From contig NZ_AMPO01000001.1 of the NCBI RefSeq assembly GCF_000302455.1, positions 353,014 to 385,013 on the forward strand: a stretch of DNA of 32,000 nt. Reading direction: 5' to 3'. Positions 16,595 through 24,679 of the stretch are shown here, piece by piece. The notes beneath the pieces are model-generated. The model did no database searches and was not told the origin of the DNA. It worked only from the letters and a program-made list of their open reading frames with translations. The position numbers and the translations under genes are program-made. Source of the stretch: Methanobacterium formicicum DSM 3637. Its GTDB lineage: Archaea > Methanobacteriota > Methanobacteria > Methanobacteriales > Methanobacteriaceae. Positions within the stretch are counted from its first letter, which is position 1, and every line of letters starts with the position of its first letter.

Positions 16595-16714
16595 GTGAGT
16601 TGATTTTAGGTAAAATTAGGGATGGGGCTGAGGATAGAATCAATACATTGACTAAAAAGTTTTATAAACAAAAGGAATAAAGCACTTAGACAATAATAAT
16701 TTAAAAAAATTCTC

Positions 16715-16751
16715 AAATCTTATAAATCTTAAATCTTAAAATTTCTTAAAA
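16715..16751. repeat. Four tandem ~8-9 bp units AAATCTTA(T/A) in the same long intergenic gap
   Basis: The sequence AAATCTTAT AAATCTTA AATCTTAAA ATTTCTTAAAA was read directly. A separate tandem pair, CAATACAACT CAATACAACA, sits at 16810-16829. Confidence 0.6.
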
Positions 16752-16913
16752 CCTAAATAAATTCCAAAAAAGGAAAAAAATTCTGATATTTTTTATTAAA
16801 AGTTTATTTCAATACAACTCAATACAACACTGAATAAGTTTTCAATGTATACAGGTTTATTCATAAGATAACTATGCGGGTAATATTTTAAGTCAAGATA
16901 ACATTTTAGGAGA

Positions 16914-18092
16914 ATGATTATGAAGTTTAAAAGCGTGGATATATTTTCACCCTACATTCTGGTGATAATTATAGCTTTGTACGTATCATTGGCAGCAATA
17001 GCTTACCAGGAACACCTGAGAAACTTACAATGGATTTCCAGTACCACCTGGGCCTATGTTTTTGGAGGGACCATTTTTTTCATTGCCGGAGTATTCCTCC
17101 CAAAATTCATTTACAATCACAACGAAAAACTAAAATCGCTCTTTGGAGGGCCCAACGTTGGCGAAAAAGATTCTGCTCCATGGTACAATAAACTGCGAAT
17201 GCTCTTAGATGAGCGGGTAGTCCTTGCTGCAGTAATGATTGCCATATTCCTGCAGATACTAAATCTCTATCTCCTGGGGGGCATACCAATCTTAAGCGGC
17301 TACCTGAAGTTCAAGGCCACTACAGACTTATGGCGTTTTGCATACCCACTGTTTCTCCCAGCAATTACCATTCTTCTGGCTAAATATCCACGTAAATGGT
17401 ACTATCTTCTCTTTATCATAGGACTGGGAGTTTTTGCTATCAATGGGTACCGAACCACCACCATGGCCATACTCATCAGTGGTTTCATAACCCTGTACTA
17501 CACCAGAAGAATGAAAACCAGCCATATACTAATTTCTCTCCTTATAATTGCTTTAGTAGGGGTAGCAGCAGGTTATATTGCTGTCATGTCTATTCAATGG
17601 CAGCAATGGGCATTGAATCCATTACAGCTCGTTGCTTACCGGGCAGGATTTACAATGATGGTCTTTGACAAGATCGTCCACATGGCAGGAACCACTGGAG
17701 GCACTCTGTTTCAGCAAGCATTCTCAACAGGACATCCCAGGGTTATAGTGGGAGAAGTAGTTCTTCATTACCCTTTACCCGGTGGTGCACCAACTACCAG
17801 TATCACATCCACCATATTCGGACCAGCAGTACTGGACTTTGGATTTTATGCCATGGCCATACAGATGTTCATAATTGGAGCAGTACTAAGGATAATATAC
17901 GCTACCCAGATTAAGGCCAACGGAGCATTCACCGCCCTGTATGCAATCGTGCTTACTCACACCATGATATGGGTGGAAACAGGCCCCACAGATAGTGTGG
18001 TTTACATCTTCTATTTCCTGGCCTTAATTGCAGTGGTTATTTATGCGACTCAATTGATGAGAACTCATAAAAAACCTGAGGGTAATTCATAA
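16914..18092 (+). CDS. Polytopic integral membrane protein (about 10 predicted TM helices by eye; possibly Wzy-like oligosaccharide repeat-unit polymerase)
   Basis: 392-aa hydrophobic ORF. AGGAGA abuts the ATG at 16914, so the ATG at 16920 (MKFKS) has better RBS spacing. The functional call is weak. Confidence 0.75.
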   Translation: MIMKFKSVDIFSPYILVIIIALYVSLAAIAYQEHLRNLQWISSTTWAYVFGGTIFFIAGVFLPKFIYNHNEKLKSLFGGPNVGEKDSAPWYNKLRMLLDERVVLAAVMIAIFLQILNLYLLGGIPILSGYLKFKATTDLWRFAYPLFLPAITILLAKYPRKWYYLLFIIGLGVFAINGYRTTTMAILISGFITLYYTRRMKTSHILISLLIIALVGVAAGYIAVMSIQWQQWALNPLQLVAYRAGFTMMVFDKIVHMAGTTGGTLFQQAFSTGHPRVIVGEVVLHYPLPGGAPTTSITSTIFGPAVLDFGFYAMAIQMFIIGAVLRIIYATQIKANGAFTALYAIVLTHTMIWVETGPTDSVVYIFYFLALIAVVIYATQLMRTHKKPEGNS

Positions 18093-18190
18093 AGAACATG
18101 AGGGATAACCCCTAAAAAACCTGAGGTAACCCCTAACCTGGGGTAACACCTAAAAAACCTGAGGTAACTCATAAAGAACATGAGGGTATT
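18065..18190. repeat. About six degenerate tandem ~22-bp units (consensus near TCATAAAAAACCTGAGGGTAAT) spanning the stop codon of the membrane-protein gene
   Basis: AAAACCTGAGG(G)TAA occurs at 18069, 18114 and 18152. TCATAAAGAACATGAGGG occurs at 18087 and 18169. The stop TAA is at 18090-18092. Confidence 0.8.
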
Positions 18191-18250
18191 AAAACGAGCT
18201 GGATCCTCCATGGAATATTTCTATATGGGGTCAAGCAATCCCATTTTTTA

Positions 18251-18306
18251 GGGAGTCAAAAAAATCTCCCTTTTTTCCATTTTAAAGGAATAATGGAAAA
18301 TTTTTT
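18251..18306 (+). terminator. Two consecutive hairpin plus oligo-T elements downstream of the membrane-protein gene
   Basis: GGGAG-N10-CTCCC is followed by TTTTTT (18251-18276). TTTTCCATT-N10-AATGGAAAA is followed by TTTTTT (18273-18306). Confidence 0.45.
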
Positions 18307-18497
18307 ACACTGGAAATGCACGTCTTTTTTAATCAGGAATATTATTTTTGTAATACAATAGGGTTATCAACACTCCTGTAACTTTGAAGGCAATAAACTG
18401 ATAAATAATTAATTAACCTGTTTATCCGAATAAGAGCTTTAATTATGGAATCTGATTTCTTTAAATAGCTGCCTTTCCACTTGCCCTCTGAATCTCC

Positions 18498-18505
18498 TAT
18501 ATAAA
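18498..18505 (+). promoter_or_regulatory. Candidate TATA box (TATATAAA) for mtd
   Basis: The element lies 67-74 bp upstream of the mtd ATG. That position is compatible with an archaeal promoter and a short leader. Only position and sequence support the call. Confidence 0.35.
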
Positions 18506-18550
18506 CCTTCCCCTAATAATTAAATGAAAAAATACTTAAGCCGATCTCTC

Positions 18551-19402
<852 letters not shown>

Positions 19403-19415
19403 GTCTATTCTTTAA

Positions 19416-19450
19416 ACAGTCCTTGGGGACTGTATTTTTTTTATTTTTTG
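19416..19450 (+). terminator. Hairpin ACAGTCC-TTGG-GGACTGT followed by a long T-tract, directly after mtd
   Basis: A perfect 7-bp stem with a 4-nt loop (19416-19433) is followed by ATTTTTTTTTATTTTTT. Confidence 0.6.
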
Positions 19451-19561
19451 ATAAATTTTTGTTTCAGTTACATTTTTCTAATTCATTACACGTTCTCAAA
19501 TTTTAATAAGATCATTACTATTTAATATTACGTCATCCATAACCAAATATGGTGTATTAAA

Positions 19562-20758
19562 ATGATCGAAAACATCATTGAACGCTTCTCCAAAGCAGCC
19601 AGCATGCAACGATGGAATGACCACATACGTCCGGTTGAATTTACTGAACTGGATAAACAGGCTCATAAAATGGTTATTGCCTATGTTATAGCTAGATTTG
19701 AGGAAGACAGGCGGGGTCCTGGTAGTGTAAACTGGATTTCTCTCATAGAAGGGGGTATATTCGAATTCCTCCACCGGACTGTTTTAACGGATATTAAACC
19801 CCCAGTATTTCACCGTATGATGAAAGAAAAGGGTGAAGAACTTAATAAACATGTTTTTCAGAAACTGGAAAGTGATATGGAGGGTCTGGATCAGGGGTTC
19901 CAGAACCGTTTTATGAGTTACTACCAGGAAAGTCCCAGCAGCTTGGAAAGACGAATACTTCGGGCAGCGCACTATCTGGCCACTCAGTGGGAGTTCAAGA
20001 TCATCTACCATACCGCACCATTCATCTATGGTATTGAAAAAACTAAAGAAAACATTGAAAACCAGATAGAAGATCATTACGATTTAATCGGGGTGCAGAA
20101 GATCCTCCTGGGTAAAAAATCCTTTGGATTCATTGACCTCTGTGGACAGCTCCGTTTCCAGAAGCGATGGGCACACATTCCCCGCATACCCGAAACATCA
20201 GTACTGGGGCACATGTTCATTGTGGCTGCAACCAGCTATCTATGCACTCTGGAAATGGGCATGAATGCATGTTCTAAAAGATTTTACAATAACTTTTATG
20301 CAGGATTATTCCATGATCTACCTGAAGTCCTGACTAAAGATATCATATCACCAGTTAAAGGTTCAGTAGAGGGCCTTAAAGAGATAATTAAGGATTATGA
20401 AGATTTTCAGATGAAAGAAGAACTTTTACCCCTCTTGCCCCGACCATGGCATGAGGATATGAAATATTTTTCAGAATCAGAGTTTGAAAATAAGATACAG
20501 GCTAATCAAGAAGTTAAACTGGGTATCAGTTTCCGGGACCTCAATAAAAAGTACAATCGCGATGAATTCTCACCTCTTGATGGGGAACTTCTCCACGCAG
20601 CGGATCGTCTTGCTGCATTTATTGAGGCTAAACTCTCCCTGGACCATGGAATAAAATCATTGGAACTGGAAGAAGCAGCAAAAAACATATACTCAGATTA
20701 TGAAGGGCAGAAGATTTCAGGCATAGATTTTGGTAGAATATTCAAGTACTTTCGATAA
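19562..20758 (+). CDS. HD-domain phosphohydrolase (YfbR-like), with a degenerate N-terminal duplicate of the same module
   Basis: The C-terminal half has RWAHIPRIPETSVLGHMF...GLFHDLPEVLTKDIISPVK, an H...HD...D pattern. The N-terminal half has a parallel RWNDHIRPVEFTELDKQAHKM segment without the HD dyad. Confidence 0.8.
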   Translation: MIENIIERFSKAASMQRWNDHIRPVEFTELDKQAHKMVIAYVIARFEEDRRGPGSVNWISLIEGGIFEFLHRTVLTDIKPPVFHRMMKEKGEELNKHVFQKLESDMEGLDQGFQNRFMSYYQESPSSLERRILRAAHYLATQWEFKIIYHTAPFIYGIEKTKENIENQIEDHYDLIGVQKILLGKKSFGFIDLCGQLRFQKRWAHIPRIPETSVLGHMFIVAATSYLCTLEMGMNACSKRFYNNFYAGLFHDLPEVLTKDIISPVKGSVEGLKEIIKDYEDFQMKEELLPLLPRPWHEDMKYFSESEFENKIQANQEVKLGISFRDLNKKYNRDEFSPLDGELLHAADRLAAFIEAKLSLDHGIKSLELEEAAKNIYSDYEGQKISGIDFGRIFKYFR

Positions 20759-20946
20759 GTGACCAAGTAATCCTAAAATGGAAAAATAGGCATAATTACC
20801 TAAGATACGAAAATAAACAGGGTAATATTTAAGCAATGGAAAAATAAGCCAATTATTTCTAAAAAAGGGAAAAATAAAATGTGAGGGATGGAACAGATTC
20901 CATAATTAATTTCTTAAATTTATTAACCATTCCATTTTTTTAGTTA

Positions 20947-21417
20947 CTATTCCTGGAATTTCCTGGCAAAATCTTGTACCATGGTTTCCCATTCCCCACT
21001 TTTCTGGGCCTTACCCCAAATGGCCATTTTGTCAATAAATTCCATTCCCTGGGATTCTAAGTTTTCACGGATCTGCATGGTGGCGATCTGATTACCATCA
21101 CCACCCATGGTTACCAGGGCAGCGCATTTTTTCCCAGAAACATTCTCCAACTCTTTTAGGTACTGGTTAATGCCTGGGGGGGTGCGGCTAGCCCAGACAG
21201 GACAGCAGACAATTAAACAATCGTATTGGCTCATGTCAGTTATGCAGGGTTTTATGGGCCATTTTTTCTCCAGATATGCGTGGACTGCTTTAATAAGATA
21301 CCATCTATCTTTAACAGGTTCTATACGTGTAAAATCTGCATTTATTATATCCTGCAGTTTCTGGGCAACAGTCAGTGTGTTCCCAGAGTAAGAATAACAG
21401 GCGATCAGTGGTTTCAT
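20947..21417 (-). CDS. Flavodoxin-family protein
   Basis: 156 aa with the N-terminal MKPLIACYSYSGNT FMN phosphate-binding loop pattern. GGAGGT RBS upstream. Confidence 0.8.
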   Translation of the reverse strand: MKPLIACYSYSGNTLTVAQKLQDIINADFTRIEPVKDRWYLIKAVHAYLEKKWPIKPCITDMSQYDCLIVCCPVWASRTPPGINQYLKELENVSGKKCAALVTMGGDGNQIATMQIRENLESQGMEFIDKMAIWGKAQKSGEWETMVQDFARKFQE

Positions 21418-21501
21418 TTTTTTACCTCCAAATTTATTTTTCGTAAAAGATTATCATGTTTGCACTTGACAATATCATGTTAATGTTTGTTCAATAAATC
21501 T

Positions 21502-22155
21502 TTAGTCTTTGGTGCCTAGGATTAATTTTTTAAGATCTCTAAGGGACCATACTTTGAGGGCAACCACAAAAAGCACAGGGATCATGAATAAAATTAACAA
21601 ACTCCATTTCAGGTTAATAAAAGAGATTAACATGGACAGGATCACTATGGCTGGTGTGAATAATGTGATTCTTTTAATGTAAGGATCGTATGGTTTTACC
21701 TTCTCCAGGATCAGATCATGATCTACAGAATACTTCCAGATCATAAAGGCGAACAAACCCACAACTAGGATGTTCACGTCGAAAATCACTTGTGAGAGCT
21801 GGTACTGGGGAAATTGTGCAATAAGTGATGTTGATAGGGGCACCAGAGCTATGAACATCAACCAGAAAACATTGATCCAGATCAAAGTCATATTTGCTTT
21901 TTTAATAAGGAACAATATATGGTGGTTTATCCAAAAACCAGCTAATATTAAGAAACTGAGAAAGTAAACAACGTACTTGGGTAAAATTTCTCCGGTGGTT
22001 TGTAGAAACAGTTGAGAAGTGTGGATGGGCCCCATGGGTATCTCAATGGTCACCACTAGGATGGTCATGGCTATAGCAAACAAACCATCAGTCAGGGTTT
22101 CCAGTCTATTGGTAGGAAAGTACAGGCCTGGTTTCTTTTTATCTTCAGAATTCAT
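21502..22155 (-). CDS. TMEM175/DUF1211-family membrane protein (putative K+ channel), paralog 1
   Basis: TM1 signature RLETLTDGLFAIAMTILV plus six hydrophobic segments. AAGGAGA RBS upstream. Confidence 0.8.
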   Translation of the reverse strand: MNSEDKKKPGLYFPTNRLETLTDGLFAIAMTILVVTIEIPMGPIHTSQLFLQTTGEILPKYVVYFLSFLILAGFWINHHILFLIKKANMTLIWINVFWLMFIALVPLSTSLIAQFPQYQLSQVIFDVNILVVGLFAFMIWKYSVDHDLILEKVKPYDPYIKRITLFTPAIVILSMLISFINLKWSLLILFMIPVLFVVALKVWSLRDLKKLILGTKD

Positions 22156-22254
22156 TTCAGTCTCCTTTTGCTTAAAATGTTCCCGTTTAGTTAATGGTTT
22201 GTTTACAATTTATAGATATCTGTTTTTAGTGGTATTATTAGGTCTATTAATTAT

Positions 22255-22893
22255 TTACTTTATCCTCTTCTTTTTTTGACAAAGATACGTAATATTTAAA
22301 AGAACGGGTATCAGTATGAAAATGAGAATAGTTCCCACTGGAATGATAAAAGAAATTCCAATTGCTATCAACGATATTACTGGCAGTAAAAGGTTAGATC
22401 GTTGGATTATCTTGGCGTAGGGGGTCACTGGTTCGTATATCATTTCATTTTTAAAAGCGTAGTGCCAGATGTTATAATATAAAACGCCGATAATCAGCAT
22501 GTTTAAGGCGAATATGATCTCTGCAAACTGGTACTGGCCATAGTTACTCATTAATGATGTGGAAAATGGCACAATGGCAATTGACATTAACCAGAATATG
22601 TTTAACCAGTTAAGGGCCAGATCAGTATACTTCATGGCGTAAAATATGTGGTGGTTCAACCAGAAACCACCTAAAATTGCGAAACTAATTATGTAAATGC
22701 CTATCTGGGGCATTAGTGTGTTAACGATATAATCATTGATTAAGGGTGGGGTGGGGTTAGCAGGCAGTACAGGTACTTCAAGGCTTAAAACCAGCAGAGT
22801 CATTGCTATGGCAAATATTCCATCAGTTAAGGTTTCAAGTCTGATTTTTGGAATTTTTTGTTCAGGTGCAACTGGTTCTTCATTGCCTGACAT
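22255..22893 (-). CDS. TMEM175/DUF1211-family membrane protein (putative K+ channel), paralog 2
   Basis: TM1 signature RLETLTDGIFAIAMTLLV and the same topology as the neighbouring paralog. GGAG motif 6 nt upstream. Confidence 0.8.
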   Translation of the reverse strand: MSGNEEPVAPEQKIPKIRLETLTDGIFAIAMTLLVLSLEVPVLPANPTPPLINDYIVNTLMPQIGIYIISFAILGGFWLNHHIFYAMKYTDLALNWLNIFWLMSIAIVPFSTSLMSNYGQYQFAEIIFALNMLIIGVLYYNIWHYAFKNEMIYEPVTPYAKIIQRSNLLLPVISLIAIGISFIIPVGTILIFILIPVLLNITYLCQKKKRIK

Positions 22894-22900
22894 AATTACT

Positions 22901-23061
22901 CCAATGATTACCCAATGATTTTTTAGTTTTCAATCATGGCATTTAGATTTACCCAATGATTCATTTTAGATTATTCGATCATTGTTTTTAGATTTACCCA
23001 ATGATTCCTTTTAGATTTACCCAACGTTTGTTTTTAGATCATCCTAATGATTGCTTTAGAT
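22901..23061. repeat. Seven to eight tandem ~22-23 bp units (core TTAGATTTACCCAATGATTC) filling the hisB / TMEM175-paralog intergenic space
   Basis: TTAGAT starts at 22943, 22966, 22988, 23011, 23034 and 23056, giving spacings of 23, 22, 23, 23 and 22 bp. Extra CCAATGATT cores lie at 22901 and 22912. The last unit overlaps the hisB stop codon. Confidence 0.85.
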
Positions 23062-23643
23062 GACACCTTTGGTACTGGGCATCCTATCATGAACCACTCT
23101 GGTTGCATCGTGCAGTGCACGGGCCAGGGCTTTGAAAATGGCTTCCACCTGGTGGTGGTCATTTTCTCCTTCACAGCGGGCGTGTAGATTGATCTTCCCT
23201 GTCTGGGCCAGAGACTCTAAAAAGTGCCCCACGTTCTCGGTGCTGAGGTCACCTACTTTTCCCTGGCGGAAGTTCAGATCCAGTACAGTGTAACTGCGGC
23301 CGGACAGGTCTACAGCTACCATGGCCAGGGATTCATCCATGGGAACCAAAGCATGGGCCATTCTACGTATTCCCTTTTTATCTCCCAGTGCTTCCTGCAG
23401 AGCTTCACCCAGAACTATGCCCATGTCTTCTACAGTATGGTGGTCGTCTATTTGCACATCTCCCTGGGCTTCCACATTCAGATCAAAAAGACTGTGCCTG
23501 GTGAAGGACTCCAGCATGTGGTTAAAAAACTGGATCCCGGTTTCCACCTGGTACTCTCCTGTACCATCCAGATCCAGCTCAACATTTATGCTGGTTTCAG
23601 AGGTCTTCCTCTGTATCTTGCTTTTTCGGTTCATTTGGATCAT
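23056..23643 (-). CDS. hisB: Imidazoleglycerol-phosphate dehydratase
   Basis: Carries RKTSETSINVELDLDG, the IDDHHTVEDMGI and GENDHHQVEAIFKA metal-binding motifs. GAGGG abuts the 23643 ATG, so Met4 at 23634 is the better-spaced start. Confidence 0.93.
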   Translation of the reverse strand: MIQMNRKSKIQRKTSETSINVELDLDGTGEYQVETGIQFFNHMLESFTRHSLFDLNVEAQGDVQIDDHHTVEDMGIVLGEALQEALGDKKGIRRMAHALVPMDESLAMVAVDLSGRSYTVLDLNFRQGKVGDLSTENVGHFLESLAQTGKINLHARCEGENDHHQVEAIFKALARALHDATRVVHDRMPSTKGVI

Positions 23644-23830
23644 CCCTCACTATGAGTATGGCACCTTCCGGACACTTGGAAGCGCAGATTGTGCAGATGT
23701 GACAGTAGCGTAAATTGGTGGCCATGGCTTTATTATTCACATCCCATATTTTAGCTCCTTTGGGGCACTCTTCCTTACAGATTCCACAACCAGTACATTT
23801 TTCTGGATCTACTTCTATTCTCATAACCAA
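23597..23830 (-). CDS. 2x[4Fe-4S] ferredoxin
   Basis: 77 aa with two CxxCxxCxxxCP motifs (CTGCGICKEECP and CHICTICASKCP). Its 3' end overlaps the hisB start region. Confidence 0.85.
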   Translation of the reverse strand: MVMRIEVDPEKCTGCGICKEECPKGAKIWDVNNKAMATNLRYCHICTICASKCPEGAILIVRDDPNEPKKQDTEEDL

Positions 23831-23836
23831 TCTCCT

Positions 23837-23857
23837 TATAACTTATAAGTTATAACT
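23837..23857. repeat. Heptads TATAACT TATAAGT TATAACT containing the perfect 16-bp palindrome ATAACTTATAAGTTAT (23838-23853)
   Basis: Read directly. The units lie 7-27 bp upstream of the ferredoxin ATG on the minus strand. Confidence 0.8.
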
Positions 23858-23927
23858 TATCATTAAATATTTATAATCGATTAGCAGTATTTTTAGTATA
23901 TCTAAAGGGTTAATAATCTTTAATTAA

Positions 23928-23946
23928 TTATAACTTATAACTTCAT
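23928..23946. repeat. 19-mer TTATAACTTATAACTTCAT, identical to 13340-13358 (two TATAACT heptads plus TCAT)
   Basis: Exact base-by-base match. The flanking bases differ on both sides. Confidence 0.9.
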
Positions 23947-23977
23947 GTTTTCATGTGGAAATAACTAAATAGGATCA

Positions 23978-24574
23978 TCAGTCTTTTTGGTATATTTCCA
24001 GGAATTCCTGGAACCGGTTCAGGGTTTTCTTGAGACTTCTAAAACCTTCTTCATCTTCTTTAACCCCTTTTAGGGTATCTCGTGACCAGAAGTTGGCTCC
24101 CAGATTGGATCCAAATGGCCCTCCACTAACCGGTATTGCTCCGTTAAGAATATAAAAAGTCATAATCTGTTGTATGGCCAGTTCCTGACCTCCAACACGA
24201 TCTCCACCCACAGCAATGGCCATTCCTACTTTGTGTTTCAGGAAGTTTATGTCCACTGCCGCAGCTGCACGGGTACGGTCCATAACAGCTTTGATTTGGG
24301 CGCTAACCCCTCCATTGTAAATGGGGGTGGCCATTATAATCCCGTCAACATCCTTAAAAAGAGGATAGAGTTGATACATATCATCTTTAACAATACATTC
24401 CTTTTTCCTCAGGCAGTAATCACAATTCCTGCAGGGGCTAATATCTTTCCCCCGAACAGTGAACAACTCGGTTTTATAACCCTTTTCTTCCATGGTGTTC
24501 AGAGCTTCACTTAGGACGTGCTCTGTGGCCTGTTTCCTGGGGCTTCCGCTTATTCCTAAAATTACTTTTTGCAC
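23978..24574 (-). CDS. Iron-sulfur flavoprotein (Isf) / NADPH-dependent FMN reductase family
   Basis: GISGSPRK flavin loop plus the compact Cys motif CRNCDYCLRKKEC (CX2CX2CX5C) typical of methanogen Isf. GTG start with a GGGGGA RBS 7 nt upstream. Confidence 0.85.
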   Translation of the reverse strand: MQKVILGISGSPRKQATEHVLSEALNTMEEKGYKTELFTVRGKDISPCRNCDYCLRKKECIVKDDMYQLYPLFKDVDGIIMATPIYNGGVSAQIKAVMDRTRAAAAVDINFLKHKVGMAIAVGGDRVGGQELAIQQIMTFYILNGAIPVSGGPFGSNLGANFWSRDTLKGVKEDEEGFRSLKKTLNRFQEFLEIYQKD

Positions 24575-24679
24575 ATTAATTCCCCCACATTGAAAATAAT
24601 TTGAATTTATTAGGTTTTAACTTTTTTCTTATACGAACTGTTTTTTCTTATAATATTGGAGAAATATGGTTATTACCAT

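Noticed and set aside
16492-16680. 62-aa ORF in the long intergenic gap
   Set aside because: It has no Shine-Dalgarno-like motif. It contains two of the three palindromic sites, and its first half is hydrophobic junk-like sequence. It is more likely regulatory DNA, although a small protein cannot be excluded without expression data.
20778-20880. Repeated ATGGAAAAATA(G/A)GC motifs between the HD gene and the flavodoxin gene, with similar AATGGAAAA at 18292
   Set aside because: The motif is short, A-rich and only loosely repeated, in a convergent terminator region. I could not distinguish it from AT-rich background.
22901-23061. Possible CRISPR array
   Set aside because: The units are contiguous and about 22 bp long, with no intervening unique spacers. 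No cas genes are in the window.
23224-23713. 143-aa and 130-aa plus-strand ORFs
   Set aside because: Both are antisense to hisB and the ferredoxin. They show no motifs.
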